Positions 18,391-27,285 of a stretch of DNA of 64,000 bases are shown one piece after another. Origin of the DNA: Terriglobia bacterium. Its GTDB lineage: Bacteria > Acidobacteriota > Vicinamibacteria > Vicinamibacterales > CAVVIG01. The notes under the pieces are model-generated. The model made no database searches and had not been told where the DNA came from. It saw nothing but the letters and a program-made list of their open reading frames with translations. Every line of letters begins with the position of its first letter. Position 1 is the first letter of the stretch. The position numbers were made by a program, and so were the translations under genes. The stretch covers positions 732-64,731 of the forward strand of contig JAIQFX010000051.1 in NCBI GenBank assembly GCA_020073005.1, in the 5' to 3' direction.

Positions 18391-21360
18391 CTACCAGATC
18401 AAACGGAAGCCCACGCGGGCCGTCCGCGGTCCGAGGATCCCGGTCGGCTGCAGATACGTCGCGCCGGTCGCCTGCACGATCGTCTCGCCGGCGTACGCGT
18501 TCGCCAGGTTGAAGCCGTCGAGGAACAGGCGGACCTTGGCCGCGTTGCCCAGGTTCACGGTCTTCTCGACGCGCACGTCGATGACCGAGATTTTGTCCTG
18601 GGTGTTCGCGTTGTAGTCCGTCGCGTACACCGTGGTGTTCGCGAGGCTTCCGCCGCGCGCCGCGCTGAACGTGCAGGCGCACGACGCGGGCGCCGACACC
18701 GACAGCGTCCGGGCGAAGTTCGCGCCGCCCTGGAACCGGTACACGGGGCTGATGCTGATGCCCCACGGCGCCAGGTACTGCGCGTTGAGCTTGAAGCTCA
18801 CGGTGCGGTAGTCGTAGTCGAACGGGCCGTTCGGCGTGTTCGGGAACGTCAACGGGTAATCGTGCTGCCACGTGTACCCGAAGCCCGCGCCGAGCGAGTA
18901 GTTATGGCTCTGGCGCTTGTTGACGGAGAACTCCAGCGTCTTGTACTTGCCGTCCTGCGCCTGATTCATCACGACGTTGTTCGTCGGATACGCGCAGGTC
19001 GGCGTCACCGTCGTCGTGGTCGCCGTGCAGCCCGCGATCAACGCGCTCGGGATCCCGCGGAACGTCAGGGTCTGATCGTCAGAGGTGCCCTGAATGTTGT
19101 CCGGCCCCTTGTCGATCACCGTGAACGGCACCGTGTACGCCGACGCCGGCCGCAGCGGCTGATACGTGCTGGTCTGGTTGGTGACCGTATACAGCACGAA
19201 CCCGACGCGCGCGCCGACGCCTTCGGTGATCTGACGCTCGACGTAAACCGTCGCCTGCTGCGAGTACGGCTGCTGCAGGTTCGGATCCACCGAGATCGTG
19301 CCGGCCAGCGCGCTGGCGGTCTGCGCGCCTTCCTCGCCGACCTGGTACGTCTTGTCGCCGGGCTTGCAGGTCGCGCAGACCTTGGCGTCGGTCCACGCGT
19401 AGGTGACGCTCTTCACGGTCTGGTTCGGGTTCGCGCTCGCCGCGACGCCGACACCAGGGTTGAAGCGATACAGCCCGTAGTTCAGCTTCAGCACGGTCTT
19501 GCCGTCGCCCATGAGGTCGTACGCCATGCCGAGGCGCGGCACGAACGAGTTCCACTTCACGTAGTGCTGCTCAGGGAAGCTCTGCGCCGCGATGGCGACG
19601 CCGGTCGGGAACGTGTACGCCAGCTGGTTCTGCGTGGGCGTCCACACGTCGTAGCTGTCGAAGCGCATGCCGAGGTTCATCGTCGCGCGCTTGTACGTCC
19701 ACTGATCGGTGATGAAGGCGTCGTACGTGCTCACCTTGTCGACGCTCAGCAGGTTGCCGTTCGGCCCGTCGCCGAGGCTGCCCGCGTGCGTCGCCGTCGG
19801 CGCGTACATCACGACGCTGGTCGGGATGCCGTTGGAGCCGATGGTTTCGCGGATGTTGCCCGAGGCCACCTGCTGATAGCCGTACCAGCCGGTTTCGAGG
19901 AGCATCTCGCCGCCGACCTTGAAGTTGTGCGAGCCGCCCCAGCCGTCCTTGAAGTACGTGACGGACCCGGTCGCCTGACGACGCTGCCGGTCGGTCTGCT
20001 CGATCTGATCGGCGCCCGTCAGCAGCGACTGGCTGTTGTCGAACTTCTCGTGCTCGGTCGTCGAGCTGTTGGCGAGCAGCGGGAAGTAGTAGCCGAACAC
20101 GCCGTAGCGCGCTTCGACGTACATGTTCTTGTTGACGGTGCCGTTCCACTCACCCTTGTAGATCCAGCTGCCGGAGATCTGCTTGAGCGTTCCATCGAGC
20201 GCGGTGTAGTTGAGCGAGCTCGACGGCAGACGATTCGGCTGAACCTTCTGGCCCCACTGGTAGTACCCGATCAGCTTGTTGTTCTGGTTGACCTGGTACG
20301 TGGTCTTGCCGGACGGATTCCACAGGCGCGTGTCGAACAGCGTGCCGGCGATCGGTCCGATGAAGTTCGGCTGGCCCACCGAGGTCTTCTGGTCGCGATA
20401 CGAGAAGTACCACCAGACCTTGTCCTTCTTGATCGGGCCGCCGACGTTGATGTTCGAGTCGCGGTACTTCGACGTCTCGTTGCTGTGATCGCGCACGCCG
20501 CCGGAGTTGGTGACCGGGTCGTACGCGAACTTGGCCGGGATGTTCGAGGCGATGTTGTCCGAGATCATCGAGTTGGTCTCGAAGTCCTGGTAGATCTCGC
20601 CCTGGAACTTGTTGCCGCCCGACTTGCCGAGCATCTGGCTCTGCACGCCCGGCGTCGGCATCTCGGCGCCCTGCGCGATCGTGCCGAGGAAGACTTCCTC
20701 GAACGACCCGTAGTCGACGTAGAAGCCCGCGGCGCTCGTGCCCTCGGTCGTGTTGATGCCCTCGACGAGGACGCGGTTCTGGCCGCTGTAGCCGTACGCG
20801 GTGTAGCCCGTCTGCGTGCCGGCGCGGTTGCCGCCGACGTCGATGCGGCCCATGGACACCGACGGCGTCACCGCCAGCAGCGACCACAGATCGCGCGAGT
20901 TCGGAATTTCCTGCAGCGCCTCGAGCTTGAAGTTCTGCTGCACGCGCGTGGATGACGTGTCGATGACGGGCGACGCGCCCGTGACCGTCACGGTCTCCTG
21001 CAGGGACGCCACGGCCAGCTCGACGTTGACCGTCGCCGTGAAGCCCATCGCAATCTGAATGCCCTCACGCTTCAGCGTGTTGAAGCCGGGCAGCTCGTAG
21101 GTCACCGTGTAGCTGCCTGGAGGCAGCGCCGGGAAACGGTAAAGACCGCCCGTATCGGTCACCGACGTCTGGGAGCCCATCATGGACGGGCTGGTGGCGG
21201 TCACCGTGACGCCGGGCAGGACGCCGCCGCTGCTGTCGGCGACCTTGCCGTTGATGGAGCCGGTGGTGCTTGCGCCACCACCCTGCGCGAACGCGTGGGT
21301 CGCCGCGAGCAGACTGACTGCCAGCATCGCGATGACCAGACGGAACCCTCGACCTCTCAT
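18391..21360 (-). CDS. TonB-dependent-receptor-like outer-membrane barrel with an N-terminal carboxypeptidase-regulatory-like domain (paralog of 12137-15085)
   Basis: 989 aa from the ATG at 21360, preceded by AGGAGGGGG. Signal peptide MRGRGFRLVIAMLAVSLLAATHAFAQ. Region GKVADSSGGVLPGVTVTATS...GGLYRFPALPPGSYTV. C-terminus ...ARVGFRLIW. The upstream 60 codons of ORF 21540 were rejected. Confidence 0.8.
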   Translation of the reverse strand: MRGRGFRLVIAMLAVSLLAATHAFAQGGGASTTGSINGKVADSSGGVLPGVTVTATSPSMMGSQTSVTDTGGLYRFPALPPGSYTVTYELPGFNTLKREGIQIAMGFTATVNVELAVASLQETVTVTGASPVIDTSSTRVQQNFKLEALQEIPNSRDLWSLLAVTPSVSMGRIDVGGNRAGTQTGYTAYGYSGQNRVLVEGINTTEGTSAAGFYVDYGSFEEVFLGTIAQGAEMPTPGVQSQMLGKSGGNKFQGEIYQDFETNSMISDNIASNIPAKFAYDPVTNSGGVRDHSNETSKYRDSNINVGGPIKKDKVWWYFSYRDQKTSVGQPNFIGPIAGTLFDTRLWNPSGKTTYQVNQNNKLIGYYQWGQKVQPNRLPSSSLNYTALDGTLKQISGSWIYKGEWNGTVNKNMYVEARYGVFGYYFPLLANSSTTEHEKFDNSQSLLTGADQIEQTDRQRRQATGSVTYFKDGWGGSHNFKVGGEMLLETGWYGYQQVASGNIRETIGSNGIPTSVVMYAPTATHAGSLGDGPNGNLLSVDKVSTYDAFITDQWTYKRATMNLGMRFDSYDVWTPTQNQLAYTFPTGVAIAAQSFPEQHYVKWNSFVPRLGMAYDLMGDGKTVLKLNYGLYRFNPGVGVAASANPNQTVKSVTYAWTDAKVCATCKPGDKTYQVGEEGAQTASALAGTISVDPNLQQPYSQQATVYVERQITEGVGARVGFVLYTVTNQTSTYQPLRPASAYTVPFTVIDKGPDNIQGTSDDQTLTFRGIPSALIAGCTATTTTVTPTCAYPTNNVVMNQAQDGKYKTLEFSVNKRQSHNYSLGAGFGYTWQHDYPLTFPNTPNGPFDYDYRTVSFKLNAQYLAPWGISISPVYRFQGGANFARTLSVSAPASCACTFSAARGGSLANTTVYATDYNANTQDKISVIDVRVEKTVNLGNAAKVRLFLDGFNLANAYAGETIVQATGATYLQPTGILGPRTARVGFRLIW

Positions 21361-21653
21361 GAAACCCCCTCCTGAACTTACCGGCTCAGCGGCCGTGGTT
21401 GGCCCGCCTGAGCAATCCAACTGAAACGCACAGCGCCCGGCCATCGTGCGTTGTTCCAACAGAGCTTCACGCACGGACAGGCAAACACTATGCTCGACCT
21501 TGGAGCCGCGAAGCTTAACACCGAAGCCGTGGACGAGCAATCGTTTACGTGCCCTTCACGGATCCGAGGAATCGACAGGATTCCGCGTGAATCCAAGAAG
21601 TTGTTCGTGATGAGTCCGATAGACCGAATCTGGGACGTCCGAGAGAAACCGAT

Positions 21654-21685
21654 GCGCCGGAGGCACATTCGTCCGTCTCCGGCGC
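21654..21685 (-). terminator. Possible terminator after atpF
   Basis: Stem GCGCCGGAG/CTCCGGCGC with a 14-nt loop, followed on the minus strand by aucgguuucucuc. Confidence 0.4.
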
Positions 21686-21691
21686 CGTCAG

Positions 21692-22195
21692 CTAGTGGCG
21701 GGGCGTTTCGATCTGCTTCAGCGCTTCTTCGATGAGGCTCTCGTTGTCGGCCTTCGACAGGTTGCGGCCGATGATCTTCGACGCGATCATGACCGACAGG
21801 TCGACGGCCTCGCGGCGAATCTGCTGGACGGCGCGCGCCGTTTCCAGCTGAATCTGCCGCTCGGCGTTGCGCACGATGCCTTCGGCGTCGGACCGCGCCT
21901 TCTGCTTCATCTCTTCGCGCAGCCGCTCGCCGTCGGATCGGCTGCGGCTGACGATCGCTTCGGCCTCGACGCGCGCGGTCTTGATGATCTGCGCGGATTC
22001 CTGCTGCAGCCGCTCCAGCTCCTGCTTCGCCTGCTGCGCATCGTCGAGTGACTTCTTAATCAGCGCGTGACGACTTTCCAGCGCCTGGAGAAGCGGCCCC
22101 CACGCGAACTTCGCGAGCAGGGTCAGCAGCACCAGGAACGTGACAATGGTCCAGATGAACAGCCCCGGATCGGGCTGGACCAACGGGTTATCCAT
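21692..22195 (-). CDS. atpF: F0F1 ATP synthase F0 subunit b
   Basis: 167 aa with a single N-terminal TM segment (LFIWTIVTFLVLLTLLAKFAW). A long charged coiled-coil follows (KKSLDDAQQAKQELERLQQESAQII...). It lies directly after atpE. Confidence 0.85.
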   Translation of the reverse strand: MDNPLVQPDPGLFIWTIVTFLVLLTLLAKFAWGPLLQALESRHALIKKSLDDAQQAKQELERLQQESAQIIKTARVEAEAIVSRSRSDGERLREEMKQKARSDAEGIVRNAERQIQLETARAVQQIRREAVDLSVMIASKIIGRNLSKADNESLIEEALKQIETPRH

Positions 22196-22216
22196 AAAAA
22201 GTCCTTCGCATGAAGC

Positions 22217-22267
22217 CGTCAGCTATCAGCTGTCAGCACTGAAAAGCTGAGAGCTGTGCGCTGACAG
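22217..22267. repeat. Inverted TRTCAGC heptamer arrays between atpE and atpF
   Basis: cgtcagc tatcagc tgtcagc - spacer - gctgaga gctgtgc gctgaca gc. Confidence 0.7.
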
Positions 22268-22495
22268 CTACTTCAGCAGCACCACGAGCAGCGCGAAGAC
22301 TTCCGCCAGAATCGCGACGCCTTCGAGCAGGAAGAGCGGCAGGTTCACGGCGCCGGTGATCTTGTCGGCCGCGCTCGGCTGCCGCGCAATGCCTTCGGCC
22401 GCCGCCGCCGCCAGCTTGCCGATCCCGAGCCCCGCGCCGATGACGATCATGCCGAGCGCAATCGCGGCGCCAAAAAAATGCAGACTTCCTACCAT
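22268..22495 (-). CDS. atpE: F0F1 ATP synthase F0 subunit c
   Basis: 75 aa from the ATG at 22495, preceded by GGAGGA. Two-helix hairpin with GAGLGIG, the loop ARQP, and the carboxylate in LFLLEGVAI. Confidence 0.9.
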   Translation of the reverse strand: MVGSLHFFGAAIALGMIVIGAGLGIGKLAAAAAEGIARQPSAADKITGAVNLPLFLLEGVAILAEVFALLVVLLK

Positions 22496-22518
22496 TCGCC
22501 TATCCTCCGTTGAGAGTC

Positions 22519-23463
22519 TCAGTGATGAACGTGAATCGCCATGCCGATGAACACGGCCGACAGTAACGCGAACACATACGCCTGAACCAGCACGACGATG
22601 ATCTCGAGGCCGGAAATCCCGACGGCCAGCGGCACCGACACCACGGCGCCGACACCGATGCCGACAATCGCCCGTCCCGCCATTTCCGTGAACAGGAACA
22701 CGAACGACAGAATCGCGAGAATCGCGATGTGCCCGCCGGTCATGTTGGCCGCGAGTCGCATCGTCAGCGCGAAGGGCCGCACGAACATCCCCATGACTTC
22801 GATGGGGATCAGAATGATGTACAGGGGCCAGGCCAGGCCGTGCGGCACCATGTTCACCCAGTGCTTGATCGCGCCATGGGCGCGCGACCCGGCGACGATG
22901 ATGGCGAAGAACGTGATGGTCGCCAGCGCGGCCGTCACGTTGAAGTTCGCGGTGGCGGTCGTGCCGCCGTGCATCACGTGCTTGAGGAACGAGTCCTCGG
23001 CCGTATGCAGGACGAAATGATCCAGGAGACCGATCGTCTCGAAGACCGGGATCAAGCCGATGCCGTTGGCGCACAGGATGAACACGAACAGCGTGAGGAC
23101 GAGCGGCGTCCACGTGTTCACCCATTTCTTCCCGACGTTGGGCTGCACGATGGCGTCACGGACGAACTCGACGACGGCTTCAAGCGCGTTCATGAAGCCG
23201 GTCGGCAGCGGGCGATCCTGCTTCAGGTAGCGCCGCACGGTCCACGTCACGACGACGAAGACGAACGCCGCGACGAGCCACAGCATGAGCACGTGCTTGG
23301 TGACCGAGAAGTCGATGCCGAGAACGTGCGGCAGGCGGATCAGCGGATGATCGTGCCCGCTGTTCGACACGTGCTCGATGATCGTCTTGCCGGCGTTGAA
23401 CTTCTCGGCGGCCCCTTCGGCGGCAGCGGCGGCGTGTTCCTGAACGGCTTCCTGGACCAGCAT
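22519..23463 (-). CDS. atpB: F0F1 ATP synthase F0 subunit a
   Basis: 314 aa, polytopic, with the conserved ...RPFALTMRLAANMTGGH... arginine motif. Confidence 0.9.
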   Translation of the reverse strand: MLVQEAVQEHAAAAAEGAAEKFNAGKTIIEHVSNSGHDHPLIRLPHVLGIDFSVTKHVLMLWLVAAFVFVVVTWTVRRYLKQDRPLPTGFMNALEAVVEFVRDAIVQPNVGKKWVNTWTPLVLTLFVFILCANGIGLIPVFETIGLLDHFVLHTAEDSFLKHVMHGGTTATANFNVTAALATITFFAIIVAGSRAHGAIKHWVNMVPHGLAWPLYIILIPIEVMGMFVRPFALTMRLAANMTGGHIAILAILSFVFLFTEMAGRAIVGIGVGAVVSVPLAVGISGLEIIVVLVQAYVFALLSAVFIGMAIHVHH

Positions 23464-23487
23464 GATCGTTGATGAGTATCCGTCTGC

Positions 23488-23859
23488 TTATCGCGGCGCG
23501 CGCGGGCCGTCCGCGAACAGCCGGCGCAGCGCGAAGGCTTCCATCACGTGCAAGGCGACAAAGTAACCGGTGAAACTGACGACGAACGGCACTGGCTGCA
23601 GCGCCAGCCCCTTGAGCATCACCACGACGTAGAATCCGAAGAACACCATCTTGCCCGCGAACCCGGCGACCATCAGCCCGGTCACGCGCTCGGGCGTGCG
23701 ACGGTAGGTCTGCTCGATGAGCACCCAGCTCCCGATCGCGATCACGAGCGGCGCGAGCATGCCGAGCACGACCTCGGCGCCGATCCGCCTGCCGAACCAG
23801 CCGATCGCGGCCAGTGCCGTCAGTGCGCTCACGCCGGCCATCCAGGCGACCGTCTTCAT
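23488..23859 (-). CDS. atpI: ATP synthase protein I-like small membrane protein
   Basis: 123 aa from the ATG at 23859, which overlaps the previous stop (ATGA). It has four hydrophobic segments and sits immediately upstream of atpB. The assignment rests on position and topology. Confidence 0.55.
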   Translation of the reverse strand: MKTVAWMAGVSALTALAAIGWFGRRIGAEVVLGMLAPLVIAIGSWVLIEQTYRRTPERVTGLMVAGFAGKMVFFGFYVVVMLKGLALQPVPFVVSFTGYFVALHVMEAFALRRLFADGPRAPR

Positions 23860-24101
23860 CGCCGAAAAACCGTCTTCGCCAGCTCGTAGAATCCGACGAT
23901 CAGCCCCAGCAGCAGCCCACCGAGCAGGAACCAATGCGCCTGCCCGAGCACGAGGTCGACGGCGTATCCGATGCCGCCGAGCAGGATAATGGCGCCGATC
24001 AGCGTGTAGCTGGCCCCCGCCGCAGGTCCCGACCGACGAATATTCTCTTGGAGATACTTCAGCGAACGCGCTAGGAAGAAATCGGGGTCGTTGTCGGGCA
24101 T
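23856..24101 (-). CDS. AtpZ/AtpI-family small membrane protein (putative F0F1-ATPase accessory subunit)
   Basis: 81 aa. The segment ...ASYTLIGAIILLGGIGYAVDLVLGQAHWFLLGGLLLGLIVGFYE... matches the two-helix G-rich pattern of AtpZ-type proteins found ahead of atp operons. Confidence 0.6.
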   Translation of the reverse strand: MPDNDPDFFLARSLKYLQENIRRSGPAAGASYTLIGAIILLGGIGYAVDLVLGQAHWFLLGGLLLGLIVGFYELAKTVFRR

Positions 24102-24188
24102 GTTCCCCTAGCGCACGCGGGCATTATGCACGCGCGCCGGGGAGTATAGCGTACCTTGTGAAATACTTCACCAGCCGTCGATGAACCG

Positions 24189-25638
24189 TCAGCGGACCGC
24201 CGCCGCGATCCCCACGGCCCCCAGCGTCCGCGCCGACGCGTCGGCCAGCTCGAACAGCAGCCGCGGGTACACGCCCAGCACGAGCGTCGCCACCACCGCG
24301 ACCCCCAGCGCCAGCGCAAGCGTCGGGCTCGTCGTCGGCTCCGATCCGAACACATCGCGCTTCAAGTACATGAACACGACGATGCGGACGTAGTAGTAGA
24401 GCGAGACGGCGCTGTTGAGCACGCCGATCACGGCCAGCCCGTAGTACTTCGCGTCAATCGCCGCGCTGAACAGCCAGAACTTGCCCATGAATCCGGCGGT
24501 CGGCGGAATCCCGCCGAGCGACAGCATGAACAGCAGCATGGCGAACGCGCCGAACGGATTCCGGAACGCCAGACCGCTGAAGTCCTTCAGCTCGTCGCCG
24601 ACGACGTCCGCGCGCCGCAGCAGCACGACGACGGCGAACGCGCCGAGCTGCATGAACGAGTAGACCATCAGGTACACGAGCGTCGCCGTCACGCCGCGCG
24701 TCGTGCCCGCGACGATCCCGATCAGCAGGTACCCGGCGTGCGCGATGGACGAGTACGCGAGGATCCGTTTGACGTTGGACTGCGTGAGCGCGGCGAAATT
24801 GCCGACCGTCATCGTCGCGATCGAGAGAACGTAGAACAGCAGGCGCCAGTCGGCGCTCATCGTCGAGAGACCCTCGATGAAGATCCGGATCAGCATCGCG
24901 AACGACGCCGCCTTCGACCCGACCGAGAGAAACGCCGTGATCGGCGTCGGCGCGCCTTCGTACACGTCGGGCGCCCACATGTGGAACGGGACCGCCGCGA
25001 TCTTGAAGCCGACGCCCGCCACGACGAGGATCACGGCCAGCACCAGCCGCGGATCCTTCTCCTGACCCGCGAACGCCGCCGTCATCGCGCGCAGGTTCGT
25101 CGTGCCCGACAGCCCGTACAGCAGCGACATGCCGTACAGCAGAAGGCCGAGCGAAAACGCGCCGAGCAGGAAGTACTTCACCGCCGCTTCGTTCGACCGC
25201 TGATTCGGCTTGAGGAAGCCCGCGAGGATGGAGGCCGATGAAGATCGTGATGAGATCGATCCCGCCCGCCATGATCATCATGCCGAGCGTCGCGCAGAGC
25301 ACGAGGAAGTAGTACTCGCCGGGCGACGCGCCCTCGACTTCGAGGTAGCGCACGGACATGAGGACCGTCATCGCCGCGGCGATGAGGAAGACCACTTTGA
25401 AGAACAGCGCGAACTGATCGACCGCGATCAGGCCGTGGGCGACCTCGACGTGGGTGTTCGCGAACGGCACGAGCGAGGCGAGCGTCGCGCCGATGACGAG
25501 CAGCGTGATCCACGCCAGCGCGTTGCCGCTCCGGCGCGGTAGCAGGACGTCCGCGACCAGGACGAGCAGCGCCCCGCCGGTGATCACCAGCTCCGGCAGG
25601 ATGTAATAGAAGTCGCTCGTGGAGATTCCGGCCGGCAT
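24189..25638 (-). pseudogene. nuoN: NADH-quinone oxidoreductase subunit N, interrupted by a small deletion/frameshift at about 25230
   Basis: The N-terminal frame (25638-25231) reads MPAGISTSDFYYILPELV...AGGIDLITIFIGL. After one stray nucleotide (25230), the frame of ORF 24189-25181 continues ILAGFLKPNQRSNEAAVKYFLLGAFS... to 24189. About 8 conserved residues (E-L-x-S-x-x-x-Y type) are missing. Confidence 0.85.
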
Positions 25639-27281
25639 CACCGATTCTCCGGGGACGGGTCTCCGCTGGATCGCTTCGGAGACCCGTCCCCGAGGTCACA
25701 CGGCATCGAGGCGAGGAACTTCGCCGCGGGGTTGGTCGAGGCGGCGACCTGCGTGGGCGTCGGCGGCGCGGTGTCGCAGTCCGCGGCCTTCGCCGCGGCG
25801 TACTCCGGGCTCACGCGCGACATGACGTGCTGCACCGACGTCTCCAGCCGCCGCAGGAACGGCGCCGGATAGAGCCCCATCCACACCGCGAGGATCAGCA
25901 GCGGCGCGAACGTCGCGAACTCACGGTGGCTGAGATCCAGCAGCCGCTCGTTCTTCGGATTCTCGACCTTGCCGAACATGGTCCGCTGGTAGAGCGAGAG
26001 CATGTAGACCGCGCCGAGCACGACGCCGCTCGCGGCGAACGCCGCCCACACCTTGCTCGTCACGAACACCCCTTGCAGGATCAGGAACTCGCCGATGAAT
26101 CCGTTCAGCGTCGGCAGCCCGATCGACGACATCGTCATGACCATGAACACGGCGGCGTAGACCGGCATCACTTTGGACAGCCCGCCGTACTCCGAGATCT
26201 CGCGCGTGTGGCGCCGCTCGTAGACGATGCCGACGATCAGGAAGAGCGCGCCGGTCGAAATGCCGTGATTGAGCTGCTGAATGATGCTGCCCGTGATGCC
26301 CACCGGGTTCAGCGCGAACATGCCGAGCATCACCATCGCCATGTGGCTGACCGAGGAATAGGCGACGAGCCGCTTCCAGTCCTTCTGCGCGAGCGCGACG
26401 AGCGCGCCGTAGACGATGCCGATGATCGACAGGACGACGATCATCGGCACGAAATGCCGCGACGCCTCCGGCAGGATCGGGAGGCTGAAGCGCAGGAAGC
26501 CGTACGTCCCCATTTTCAGGAGGACGGCGGCCAGGATCACCGAGCCCGCCGTCGGCGCATCGGTGTGCGCATCAGGCAACCAGGTGTGGAACGGGAACAT
26601 CGGGACCTTGATCGCGAAGCCCAGGAAGAATGCGAGGAAGACCCACCACTGCAGGTTGAACGGCACGTTCAGCTTGTGGAACTGCGTGATGTCGAACGTG
26701 TAGATGCCGGTCAGCTGGTGGTTGTAGAAGTACAGCGCCAGGATGCCGAGCAGCATGACGACGCTGCCGACGAGCGTGTACAGAAAGAACTTGATCGCCG
26801 AGTACAGCCGGTTCGCGCTGCCCCAGATGCCGATCAGGAAGTACATCGGCACGAGCATGACTTCCCAGAACAGGAAGAACAGCAGGAAGTCGAGCGACAT
26901 GAACGCGCCGAGCATGCCGGTCTGCAGCACGAGCAGGAAGATGTAGTACTCCTTCACCCGCTCGGTGATCGCCGTCCACGACGACAGGACGGCGATGAAG
27001 CCCATCATCGTCGTGAGCAGGATGAGCAGCGTGCTCAGGCCGTCGACGCCGAGGAAGTATTCCGCTCCCACCGAGGGGATCCACTGCGCGCGCTCGACGA
27101 ACTGGAAGTCCGCGCTCGACGGGTTGTACCAGAACCAGAGCGGCACCGAGATGGCGAACCCGATGAGCGCGACGATGTTCGCGACCCAGCGGATGGCGTC
27201 CTCGTTCTTCTTGTTGATGAGCAACAGAACGAGCGCGCCGGCCAGCGGCGTGAAAAGAATGATCGAGAGGTAATGATTCAT
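25638..27281 (-). CDS. nuoM: NADH-quinone oxidoreductase subunit M
   Basis: About 547 aa from the ATG at 27281 (MNHYLSIILF...), 4 nt after the nuoL stop. Mrp-antiporter-like polytopic protein (WLPDAHTDAPTAGSVILA). It has a roughly 50-aa hydrophilic C-terminal extension. Its stop overlaps the nuoN ATG (TGATG). Confidence 0.9.
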   Translation of the reverse strand: MNHYLSIILFTPLAGALVLLLINKKNEDAIRWVANIVALIGFAISVPLWFWYNPSSADFQFVERAQWIPSVGAEYFLGVDGLSTLLILLTTMMGFIAVLSSWTAITERVKEYYIFLLVLQTGMLGAFMSLDFLLFFLFWEVMLVPMYFLIGIWGSANRLYSAIKFFLYTLVGSVVMLLGILALYFYNHQLTGIYTFDITQFHKLNVPFNLQWWVFLAFFLGFAIKVPMFPFHTWLPDAHTDAPTAGSVILAAVLLKMGTYGFLRFSLPILPEASRHFVPMIVVLSIIGIVYGALVALAQKDWKRLVAYSSVSHMAMVMLGMFALNPVGITGSIIQQLNHGISTGALFLIVGIVYERRHTREISEYGGLSKVMPVYAAVFMVMTMSSIGLPTLNGFIGEFLILQGVFVTSKVWAAFAASGVVLGAVYMLSLYQRTMFGKVENPKNERLLDLSHREFATFAPLLILAVWMGLYPAPFLRRLETSVQHVMSRVSPEYAAAKAADCDTAPPTPTQVAASTNPAAKFLASMPCDLGDGSPKRSSGDPSPENR

Positions 27282-27285
27282 AACG

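Noticed and set aside
21361-21691. Known riboswitch (for example cobalamin) upstream of the TonB-dependent-like receptor
   Set aside because: I could not find the conserved cores of the riboswitch classes I know. It is kept only as an 'unusually long leader' finding.
24102-24188. Internal promoter between nuoN and the atpZ-like gene (TATACT on the minus strand)
   Set aside because: The -10-like hexamer has no acceptable -35 at 16-18 nt spacing. Read-through from the nuo genes is equally plausible.
24454-25230. C-terminal 260 residues of ORF 24454-25641 (…HPRGLPQAESAVERSGGEVLP...)
   Set aside because: This is an out-of-frame read-through after the nuoN lesion. The NuoN-like sequence continues in the frame of ORF 24189-25181.
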